A stretch of DNA of 32,000 bases, taken from contig JBAYVT010000001.1 of NCBI GenBank assembly GCA_041674405.1, forward strand, positions 210,001 to 242,000. The letters are read 5' to 3'. Under the pieces are notes generated by a model that was not told where the DNA came from, searched no databases, and saw nothing but the letters and a program-made list of their open reading frames with translations. Source of the stretch: Patescibacteria group bacterium. GTDB lineage: Bacteria > Patescibacteriota > UBA1384 > XYA2-FULL-43-10. Position numbers and translations under genes: made by a program. This document shows, one piece after another, positions 18,275-25,298 of the stretch (positions are counted from its first letter, which is position 1; each line of letters starts with the position of its first letter).

Positions 18275-18943
18275 ATGGAATCAGTAATCATAGCAGACAA
18301 TTTAATAAAGATTTACCATTCAAGCACCAACAATGTCAAAGCTTTAGATAAAGTGTCTCTTGAAATTTCGAGTGGTGAGTTTTTGATGATTACTGGCAGA
18401 AATGGCTCTGGAAAATCAACGCTTCTTCATCAATTAGCTTTATTAGATGAATATGATAGCGGCGAAATAATTATTAACAATCAAAAAACCTCCCACCTTT
18501 CGGAAAGAAAACGTATGGATTTGCGGCTCAGGGGGCTGGGCTATATCTTCCAGGAATACGCCTTGATCGGTGAACTTTCGGCACTGGAAAATGTAATGCT
18601 TCCGGCAATGATGCTGGAATCAAGCAAGGAAGCAAAGGCTAAGGCTTTCGAAATATTGGAAAAAGTTGATTTGAGAGAAAAATGCTTTCGGCTTCCATCA
18701 GAGCTTTCTGGCGGCGAACAACAAAGAGTCGCGATCGCTCGTTCGCTCATAAATAGCCCAAAGATTATTTTTGCCGACGAACCAACAGCAAATCTGGATT
18801 CGACCTCTTCAAAAAAAGTATTGGAAATTTTTAAATCTTTAAATAAGAAAGATGATATTACTATTGTAATGGTTACTCATGAACCGGAGGAGTTGGCTTA
18901 TGCCAGCCGTCATATTCAATTAGCAGACGGAAGGATAGTATGA
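18275..18943 (+). CDS. ABC transporter ATP-binding protein (MacB/LolD/FtsE-like)
   Basis: Walker A (GRNGSGKST), signature (LSGGEQQRVAIAR) and Walker B (IIFADEPT) motifs are present. Confidence 0.9.
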   Translation: MESVIIADNLIKIYHSSTNNVKALDKVSLEISSGEFLMITGRNGSGKSTLLHQLALLDEYDSGEIIINNQKTSHLSERKRMDLRLRGLGYIFQEYALIGELSALENVMLPAMMLESSKEAKAKAFEILEKVDLREKCFRLPSELSGGEQQRVAIARSLINSPKIIFADEPTANLDSTSSKKVLEIFKSLNKKDDITIVMVTHEPEELAYASRHIQLADGRIV

Positions 18944-20142
18944 AAAGTCAAAACCGCCTGCCCTTTTATCTAACTTTAAAATATCTACAGCGAGGAAAAA
19001 AGTGGACATTATTCCTTACCGTTTTTCTGGTGGCTATTGCTTTTGTCAACTTGTTGTTCATCTCCTCTTTGTTTAACGGTATTATAAAAGGCACTAACGA
19101 ACAAATTATTAACACCATGACTGGCAATATTTATATCGCTCCCAAAGAGGGGGAAGAGTTTATAAGCAATAAAACCAAAAATGTTAATACTTTACGTTCG
19201 ATTGATGGGGTTATTGGTGTAAGCGCTCAAGCCCAACTGCCGGCACGGCTTGAGTATAAAAAAATTTCCGGCAATTGGCAGGTGTTAGCCATAAAGCCAG
19301 GTGATGAGGCGCAAGTCACTAATACCTCACAAAAAATGATCGCTGGCCGTTATCTTGAGGAGAATGATGAAGATGGCATTATTTTAGGCCAGCAAATTGC
19401 CGGCGGCGACGGGGTAGAACAAAATGCATTTTCCCTCAAAGGCGCAAAAGTCGGCGAAAAAGTTAAATTAATTTTCAATAATCAATCATATGAGTTTACA
19501 ATTCGCGGAATTTTTAAAACAAAATTTCTTAACGCCGATGAACAGGCTTTTATTACGCAAAAAGCTTTTGAAAAATTACTCCCGGAGATCGACGATAAAA
19601 CAAGTACGATTATTATAAAAGTTGCGAATAATCATGACGAAGATACGGTAATTTCCAGTATTAAGGATAAAAACATTGACGGCAATGTCTATACTTGGCG
19701 CGAGGTTGCTGGACTAATGAAATCAGTAAGCGAAAGTTTTTCAAGTATTAATGTTATCATGACCTTTGTTGGCATATTAATTGCCGCTGTCACCATTTTT
19801 ATAGTTATATATGTGGACATTATCAACAAGCGAAAACAAATCGGCATTTTACGAGCCATTGGTATTCGGCCATACATCATTATTTTTAGTTATGTAATTT
19901 TATCGGCCGTTTATTCGGTAATAGGGGTTTTGCTCGGCACGGCCATATTTTTTGCAATCCTGACACCTTATTTTATAGCTCATCCATTTCAAATTCCAAT
20001 AACGGATGTTGTTCTTGCCCTAGATAAAGTTGATTTTATTGCTCGCGCCGAAGCGGTAATGTGGGTTTCTGTATTTTCTGGTTTAATTCCGGCGGCAGTT
20101 GTTACTCGGACTAAAATGCTCGATGCGATTCTAGGGAGATAA
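18940..20142 (+). CDS. ABC transporter permease, FtsX/MacB-like
   Basis: Overlaps the ATPase stop. It has an N-terminal TM helix, a large periplasmic domain and a C-terminal FtsX-type 3-TM bundle (RKQIGILRAIGIRP). Confidence 0.8.
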   Translation: MKSQNRLPFYLTLKYLQRGKKWTLFLTVFLVAIAFVNLLFISSLFNGIIKGTNEQIINTMTGNIYIAPKEGEEFISNKTKNVNTLRSIDGVIGVSAQAQLPARLEYKKISGNWQVLAIKPGDEAQVTNTSQKMIAGRYLEENDEDGIILGQQIAGGDGVEQNAFSLKGAKVGEKVKLIFNNQSYEFTIRGIFKTKFLNADEQAFITQKAFEKLLPEIDDKTSTIIIKVANNHDEDTVISSIKDKNIDGNVYTWREVAGLMKSVSESFSSINVIMTFVGILIAAVTIFIVIYVDIINKRKQIGILRAIGIRPYIIIFSYVILSAVYSVIGVLLGTAIFFAILTPYFIAHPFQIPITDVVLALDKVDFIARAEAVMWVSVFSGLIPAAVVTRTKMLDAILGR

Positions 20143-20169
20143 TGATTTCAACAATTAAAAGGGAATAAT

Positions 20170-20195
20170 AAAAACACCAATTTGTTGGTGTTTTT
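20170..20195. terminator. intrinsic terminator (bidirectional A/T tails)
   Basis: aaaaacaccaa-tttg-ttggtgttttt. Confidence 0.75.
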
Positions 20196-20199
20196 ATTA

Positions 20200-20218
20200 T
20201 GGTTCGGGGATAGGGATT
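20200..20218 (-). repeat. 19-nt duplicate of the tRNA-Gln 3' end (T-stem 3' strand, acceptor 3' strand and CCA)
   Basis: tggttcggggatagggatt is identical to 20372-20390. The sequence upstream of it cannot be folded into a cloverleaf. Confidence 0.8.
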
Positions 20219-20371
20219 TCGGGCATTCGCGCTGCTCACTTCTAAAAACCCTCGGTTTTTAGTGTTTTCCGCCAGCGGGAGACCAATTGTTCTCCCGACC
20301 CCTCTCTCGTCCGAACCCCATATATAACCACCCAAAAGAAAAACGACCACCAAAAGGTGATCATTTTTCTT

Positions 20372-20445
20372 TGGTTCGGGGATAGGGATTCGGACCCCAA
20401 TTCTTTGGACCAAAACCAAATGTCCTGCCATTAGACGATCCCCGA
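20372..20445 (-). tRNA. tRNA-Gln (anticodon UUG), CCA encoded
   Basis: The rc reads TCGGGGA TC GTCT AATGGCA GGAC A TTTGG TTTTGGT CCAAA GAAT TGGGG TCCGAAT CCCTA TCCCCGA ACCA. This is a 74-nt cloverleaf with a U1:A72 pair. A weak terminator, gatcacc-tttt-ggtggtc plus T-run, lies just downstream (20345-20362). Confidence 0.85.
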
Positions 20446-20621
20446 ATATCAAATTCTAATCCAAAACCCAGCTCCCAAACTTATCGTTTGCAAGCATTAG
20501 CATACCCGAAATCACTCGCATTTTCAACTAAAACACCCCAGCGTAAGCCGAGGTGTTACCCATTACAGGTCTCCCTGAATTGGGCCATAATTTGCGTTCG
20601 CTGGGGCTGTTTTAGGCTTTA

Positions 20622-20940
20622 TGAAGCATCCAATAAGCCGGGTTTTGTATAACGATAGCAATCTATCTACGCGTGGAGACCGCAGGTCACCTTCCGAGTC
20701 GGAATTGATGTCAGGCGGTCCACTCCACTTGCACCGAGCTAGGCTTGCCACAGACGCACATTGCTGTACGAACGCGTGAGCTCTTACCTCACGATTTCAA
20801 CCTTACCGGTCTTGCGACTTAGGCGGTATATTTTCTGTTGCGCTGTTCTCAGAGCTTTCACCCTGCTTGTTTTCACAAGCGCTCCACTCTGCGGTGCCCG
20901 GACTTTCCTCCCTTGCGGGTAGCTATCTAGAATGCTTTTA
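20622..20940 (-). ncRNA. rnpB: RNase P RNA (bacterial type, reduced)
   Basis: The rc of 20896-20911 is GGAGGAAAGTCCGGGC (P4 5' strand) and the rc of 20633-20648 is ACAAAACCCGGCTTAT (P4 3' strand). P1 pairs AAGCATTC (20930-20937) with GGATGCTT (20624-31). P2 pairs GATAGC with GCTATC. P3 is a minimal CCC-GCAA-GGG hairpin. Confidence 0.8.
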
Positions 20941-20950
20941 AAGCATTAAT

Positions 20951-20979
20951 ATTGTATCCGAAAATGACCAAAAAGTCAA
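20951..20979 (-). promoter_or_regulatory. sigma70-like promoter TTGACT-17-TACAAT for rnpB
   Basis: -35 is the rc of 20974-20979 and -10 is the rc of 20951-20956, with an exact 17-nt spacer. The TSS is predicted a few nt upstream of P1. Confidence 0.55.
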
Positions 20980-21006
20980 TGTTTAAGGGTTGGAACTCAC
21001 AAAAAG

Positions 21007-21028
21007 ATTATCTTATATTAAAATATTT
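21007..21028 (+). repeat. left copy of the perfect 22-bp direct repeat ATTATCTTATATTAAAATATTT
   Basis: Identical to 22383-22404. Confidence 0.9.
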
Positions 21029-21064
21029 AAATTATAGGATATTGATACAAAATTTTAGTTTTAA

Positions 21065-21098
21065 CCGAAGGCGCCAGGCCGCAAGGCCTGGCGCTCGG
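21065..21098 (-). terminator. GC-rich GNRA-loop hairpin directly after the HD-MTase stop codon
   Basis: ccga(ag)gcgccaggcc-gcaa-ggcctggcgc-tcgg. On the minus strand it is followed by ttaaaactaaaatttt. Confidence 0.65.
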
Positions 21099-21104
21099 TG
21101 ATAC

Positions 21105-22211
21105 TTAGTTGGTTCGGCCGAAAATCAGCCGGAAGGCTTCCGGGTCAACGCACGGATAGCCAGAAAAGTCGAAGTCGTGGTCTTCTGCGATCAGCGAGAA
21201 GCCTGGGAGCATCGCTTCGATCTGTCGACTTGCGACCTCGATGCTGTCTGCACCATAGGTCGGCGTGTAGCTCTCGATGACCTCGAGTCGCCCATCGCTT
21301 AAAGACAATACTCGGAGGAGTTCCTGTGGGCTGAGCGCATCGGGGCAGCGTAGTGCTACGTTCGCCATCACGATATCGCCAGCATCATCCGGAATCGGCA
21401 GTGCGTCCGCCGTCCCGGGCAAGATAATCTCTGGGGCGGAGTTGCGCAGCTTGGCCGTCTCGACAGAAAGCACAGCCGCGACTTTGCGATCTGCCTGTGA
21501 GGGTTCGACGCCGATGATCAGCTCAAGCGGAGTATGTTTCCGAAAGAGGCTGATTGGCAGTCTGCCGGGCCCAATCTCTATAAGGACCTTTGGCTCCTCG
21601 CCGCGCTCCGCACAAAGCACACCGTAGTTGCGAATGATGTTTCTCGCTACATTGGTGTGCCATTCGCTGGCATGGTTCGTGCCCCAGTACTGGGGAGTGA
21701 GCCTGATCTCCGGCCAGAGATAGGCCACCATTCCATGGAGATTCGGCCAGAAGAAGTCCCAGCCACCCTCAAAGCCGAACTCGGCCGCGAGTTTGTCGAA
21801 GTCCTCGCGAAAATCCGAGTACGCGCCAGCCATCCGTGATAGGTCGGCAGCACGCAAGATTTTCGCCTCGACGGTGACCGGCATGACGCCAGCATTGGTA
21901 GGTTTGATCGCATCGATCACTGCGGCGATCATGTGCTCCAGGTAGCCAAGTTTCCGCATCTCCTCGGCAGCCACCTTGGCACTCAGCTCCTCAGGAGTCG
22001 AGCACCCGAATTCTCGCGGATCCTTGCCAAACAACGCATCATGGAAAAGCGCTGCCCAGACAAGGACCTCAATCGAGACGTGGATGCCGCAATGTCGGCA
22101 TCGTTCTGCAAGCATGAAGGCAGTTGCGCAGACCCCCTGAGCATGCCTCCAATTATGGTACGGCCGCATGGTGTAATACGGCCAAGCCAATTTCTCGATG
22201 AATCCCAGCAT
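21105..22211 (-). CDS. GC-rich HD-domain phosphohydrolase fused to a methyltransferase-like Rossmann domain
   Basis: ATG 22211 is preceded by AGGGGGA with a 5-nt spacer; the track start is 22232. The N-terminus has RPYHNWRHAQGV...AALFHDALFG (an H...HD metal site). The C-terminus has VLIEIGPGRLP and IIGVEPS...GDIVMANVAL, which resemble SAM-MTase motifs I and IV. A candidate promoter TTGGAT-17-GATAAT lies at 22282-22310 (rc). Confidence 0.7.
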   Translation of the reverse strand: MLGFIEKLAWPYYTMRPYHNWRHAQGVCATAFMLAERCRHCGIHVSIEVLVWAALFHDALFGKDPREFGCSTPEELSAKVAAEEMRKLGYLEHMIAAVIDAIKPTNAGVMPVTVEAKILRAADLSRMAGAYSDFREDFDKLAAEFGFEGGWDFFWPNLHGMVAYLWPEIRLTPQYWGTNHASEWHTNVARNIIRNYGVLCAERGEEPKVLIEIGPGRLPISLFRKHTPLELIIGVEPSQADRKVAAVLSVETAKLRNSAPEIILPGTADALPIPDDAGDIVMANVALRCPDALSPQELLRVLSLSDGRLEVIESYTPTYGADSIEVASRQIEAMLPGFSLIAEDHDFDFSGYPCVDPEAFRLIFGRTN

Positions 22212-22323
22212 CTTGGTCCCCCTTGTGTACAAGCCTGAATTTCGAGCAGTGCTAGATTAACACAAAAAACATGTTCCGTAAATTATCCAAACATTAGTAC
22301 ATCCATCCAAATCTTATTATTCC

Positions 22324-22367
22324 AAACGTAACAATTTCTCCGCGACCGCGGAGAAATTGTTACGTTT
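22324..22367. repeat. perfect 21-bp-stem hairpin (aaacgtaacaatttctccgcg-ac-cgcggagaaattgttacgttt)
   Basis: Read directly from the sequence. The T-run follows only on the plus strand, where no upstream plus-strand gene exists. It lies 15 bp inside the right 22-bp repeat. Confidence 0.7.
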
Positions 22368-22382
22368 TTATTTCTAAAACAA

Positions 22383-22404
22383 ATTATCTTATATTAAAAT
22401 ATTT
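22383..22404 (+). repeat. right copy of the perfect 22-bp direct repeat
   Basis: Identical to 21007-21028. Confidence 0.9.
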
Positions 22405-22430
22405 TTATCAAATAAGTACAAAAAAGTGAT

Positions 22431-22856
22431 TTATTTAATCATTTTCTTTAGATAAATATCTACTGGCTCCTTCGTGGTTTGGGTAAGCTTTTTGGGAAGT
22501 TTATCCGGTGGGAACCATCTCATATCCTCGTGCTTATTCGGTTCCATATTTTTTGGTTCCTGGCCGTCTCGGATTTTTGCCAGGTGGTGGATCGCCACCC
22601 AATGCTGACCTTCAATTATATGGTCCGTGTATCCTAGACACTCTAAGATATCAATATCGACTCCAATTTCCTCACGAATCTCTCGCTTTAGCATCTCTTC
22701 AACTGTTTCACCAAATTCAACCGTGCCGCCGGGCTTCGTCCAAAAACCGGCATCGTTATTGCTTTTTGACGTTCGTTTTAATAATAGAATTTCGTTGTTG
22801 TCATTGACAATTAAGGCACCGCCACCAACTCCGATGAAGTCTTTCCCTGGTTTTAT
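22431..22856 (-). CDS. NUDIX hydrolase with no canonical start codon (possible ATA start or pseudogene)
   Basis: The frame is open from 22870 downward. The Nudix box GGTVEFGETVEEMLKREIREEIGV spans the only ATG (22694), so an 87-aa product would be truncated. Upstream in frame there is no ATG, GTG or TTG. ATA at 22856 lies 5 nt after AAGGAG, which is embedded in the thrS end. Confidence 0.55.
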   Translation of the reverse strand: MKPGKDFIGVGGGALIVNDNNEILLLKRTSKSNNDAGFWTKPGGTVEFGETVEEMLKREIREEIGVDIDILECLGYTDHIIEGQHWVAIHHLAKIRDGQEPKNMEPNKHEDMRWFPPDKLPKKLTQTTKEPVDIYLKKMIK

Positions 22857-22858
22857 TT

Positions 22859-24583
22859 TTACTCCTTGACTTCTTTAATAACCGCAGATAAATCTTCTTG
22901 CCCTTTGTCGCCTTCGCCATATTTACGGACAGCGACTTTTTCAGCCTCGATTTCTTTGTCGCCGACAATAAGCATATATGGGATTTTTTGCATCTCGGCT
23001 TCGCGAATTTTTTTGCCGATCGATTCAGTACGATCATCAACCTTAACTCGAATTCCGGCTTCATTGAGCTCCTTTTCGATTTTTGCGGCGTAGTCCAAAT
23101 GTTTATCGGAGATTGGCAACACAATAGCCTGGACAGGAGCGAGCCATGTCGGAAATGCGCCGGCAACATTCTCGATATATATACCAAGAAAACGCTCGAT
23201 TGCCCCATAAATCACGCGATGGATCATTACAGGACGGACTTTTTCACCTTTTTCATCAATATAGGTCAAGTCGAATGTTTCCGGATTGGCAAAGTCAAGC
23301 TGTATTGTGCCGCACTGCCATGTGCGACCGATAGCATCCTTTAGATGAAAATCAAATTTCGGGCCATAGAATGCTCCATCACCTTCATTAACTTTATGTT
23401 CGATTTTGTTTTCAGCAAGAATTTCCTTCATTGTCGATTCTGCCTTTTCCCAAACCTCATCCGAACCGACTGACTTTTCCGGCCTTGTTGAAAGCTCAAT
23501 ATGATCAACTTTCATGCCAAATTTCTCATACATTTCAAAACATAAATCAAATACCTTTTTGATTTCTTCCTTTACCTGATCAGGCCGGCAATAGATGTGG
23601 GCATCATCTTGTGTAAACTGGCGAAGGCGCATAAGCCCATGGACTTCGCCCGAACCTTCGTAGCGGTGGACCAAGCCAATCTCCCCCATCTTTACCGGCA
23701 GATCTCGGTATGAATGAACCTTAGTCCTGTAAATCAGCATACCGCCGATGCAGTTCATTGGCTTTACAGCATAGGAATAATCTTTTTCATCGGGAGTTCT
23801 GGCTAAATACATTCTTTCGGCATAGTTTTTCATGTGTCCGCTCTGCTCCCAGACTTCTTTTAGCATCATGATTGGGGTATTTACCTCTTCGTATCTCTCA
23901 CGGCGATGAACCTGCCGCCAATACTCGAGCATTTTTTGAAATACAATCCAGCCATTATCATGCCAAAAAACAAAGTTTGGTCCTTCCTTGTGAAACGAAA
24001 AGAGATCCAGCTCCGTGGCAAGTTTGCGGTGATCGCGCTTCTCAGCTTCCAGTATGATTTCTTCATACTTTTTAAGCTCAGACTCGTTTTCAAACGCAAG
24101 AGCATATATCCTCTGTAGCATTTTGTTTTTCTCACTACCTCGCCAATAAGCACCGGCAATTTTATCAAGCTTAAAACCAACATTTTTGAGATCAGAGGTT
24201 GTATCAACGTGAGGACCAGCACAAAGATCGACAAATTCTCCTGTTTTGTAAAGTGAAACTTTGTCATTGCCACTACTCTTCAAATCTTTAATCAACTCCA
24301 ATTTGTAATTTTGTTTGTCAAATTTTTCAATTGCTTGGCTTATTTCCACTTCTGATTTTTCAAAGGCAAGATTCTTTTCAATAATCTCGCGCATTTTTTT
24401 CTCAAGTTTTGGCAAATCCTCCGGCACCAAAGCTCGGGGCAAGTCAAAATCATAATAAAAGCCATTTTCAATCGCCGGACCAATACCAAGTTTTGCATCA
24501 GGGAACATCTCAAGTACTGCCATCGCCAGTACATGGCTCAGCGAATGCCTCATGGTTTCAAGTTCAAATTTTTTTTCAGCCAT
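22859..24583 (-). CDS. thrS: threonine--tRNA ligase (short form lacking the N-terminal TGS domain)
   Basis: 574 aa. The editing-domain motif HSLSHVLAMAV starts at residue 13. Class II core motifs (HRYEGSGEVHGLMRLRQFTQDDAH, GAFYGPKFD) and a C-terminal anticodon-binding domain are present. Confidence 0.95.
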   Translation of the reverse strand: MAEKKFELETMRHSLSHVLAMAVLEMFPDAKLGIGPAIENGFYYDFDLPRALVPEDLPKLEKKMREIIEKNLAFEKSEVEISQAIEKFDKQNYKLELIKDLKSSGNDKVSLYKTGEFVDLCAGPHVDTTSDLKNVGFKLDKIAGAYWRGSEKNKMLQRIYALAFENESELKKYEEIILEAEKRDHRKLATELDLFSFHKEGPNFVFWHDNGWIVFQKMLEYWRQVHRRERYEEVNTPIMMLKEVWEQSGHMKNYAERMYLARTPDEKDYSYAVKPMNCIGGMLIYRTKVHSYRDLPVKMGEIGLVHRYEGSGEVHGLMRLRQFTQDDAHIYCRPDQVKEEIKKVFDLCFEMYEKFGMKVDHIELSTRPEKSVGSDEVWEKAESTMKEILAENKIEHKVNEGDGAFYGPKFDFHLKDAIGRTWQCGTIQLDFANPETFDLTYIDEKGEKVRPVMIHRVIYGAIERFLGIYIENVAGAFPTWLAPVQAIVLPISDKHLDYAAKIEKELNEAGIRVKVDDRTESIGKKIREAEMQKIPYMLIVGDKEIEAEKVAVRKYGEGDKGQEDLSAVIKEVKE

Positions 24584-24641
24584 ATAAACTCCAATATTAC
24601 TTGTTAATCATATTGTAACAAAAATCAAACGGTTTAACTTT

Positions 24642-25100
24642 TTATTTTATTAGACCCAATCTTTCAAATAATTCAATCGATGGTGGGGTTAGTTTAATTT
24701 TGTCTAGTTCCGAGATATCAGCCCATTGAAATATTTCAAGATCGTCGCCAATTTTTACCAAAATCTCACTCGCGTCTTCACTTGCCGATACCTTAAAAAC
24801 ATTGAAAGACATTGTGCACAAGACTTTTTCTCCGGTTGTTCGCAACGTTTTTTCCGACTCGCCAATTCCTTTGTCATCAATCAATTCAATGCTGTAATTC
24901 TTAATATTGATTCCTGTTTCCTCTGAAATTTCTCTCCGAAGTGCCGTCTCAAAATTTTCATCTTCATCCACGCCTCCTCCCGGAAGATGCCAAAAGTCCA
25001 CGTAAACTCCGCCTCCGTGAGCGTGTTTTTTACCAAGAAATATTTTTTTATCTTTTGAAATAATCATTGCGGAGACTATTTCACGATGGATTGTGCGCAT
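24642..25100 (-). CDS. NUDIX hydrolase
   Basis: Nudix box GGGVDEDENFETALRREISEETGI is present. 152 aa. Confidence 0.85.
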   Translation of the reverse strand: MRTIHREIVSAMIISKDKKIFLGKKHAHGGGVYVDFWHLPGGGVDEDENFETALRREISEETGINIKNYSIELIDDKGIGESEKTLRTTGEKVLCTMSFNVFKVSASEDASEILVKIGDDLEIFQWADISELDKIKLTPPSIELFERLGLIK

Positions 25101-25123
25101 TGTATTGATATTAAACTAAATAA

Positions 25124-25181
25124 AAAGACCAATTATCTCGAGACCCCAAACTTTGGGGGGTTCCATCTCGATATGGTCTTT
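25124..25181 (-). terminator. long interrupted hairpin / attenuator between glyA and NUDIX
   Basis: aaagacca...tcgaga-cccc...gggg...tctcga..tggtcttt. On the minus strand it is followed by ttatttagttt, only about 25 nt before the NUDIX ATG. Confidence 0.5.
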
Positions 25182-25298
25182 ATTTGCCGATTCGTTTCGG
25201 CTTACGCTGTTTCTCGCCGGTTGGTGAATCCGGGTCACTAAAACAGATTAATTGACATTAGTTTAACACATTTAGATAAGAACGTAAATATCTTCAGA

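Larger units (their letters stand above)
21007..22404. mobile_element. putative DR-bounded single-gene cassette (no recombinase gene)
   Basis: Perfect 22-bp direct repeats bracket 1354 bp holding one GC-rich gene plus its promoter. Subterminal hairpins lie at both ends (21065-21098 and 22324-22367). The cassette is inserted between a NUDIX gene and the rnpB promoter. Confidence 0.4.

Noticed and set aside
20200-20320. Possible second tRNA (long variable arm or Sec-like, or intron-containing) using the duplicated acceptor/CCA end.
   Set aside because: No T-stem 5' strand, D-arm or 7-nt anticodon loop could be built. Only the last 19 nt match a tRNA.
20111-20751. Track ORFs 20111..20452 (-) and 20563..20751 (-).
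   Set aside because: They overlap tRNA-Gln, terminators and RNase P RNA. They are explained by the RNA genes and have no SD.
24584-24641. T-box or other leader upstream of thrS.
   Set aside because: Only 58 nt separate thrS from the upstream gene, which is far too short for a T-box. No specifier or antiterminator structure is present.
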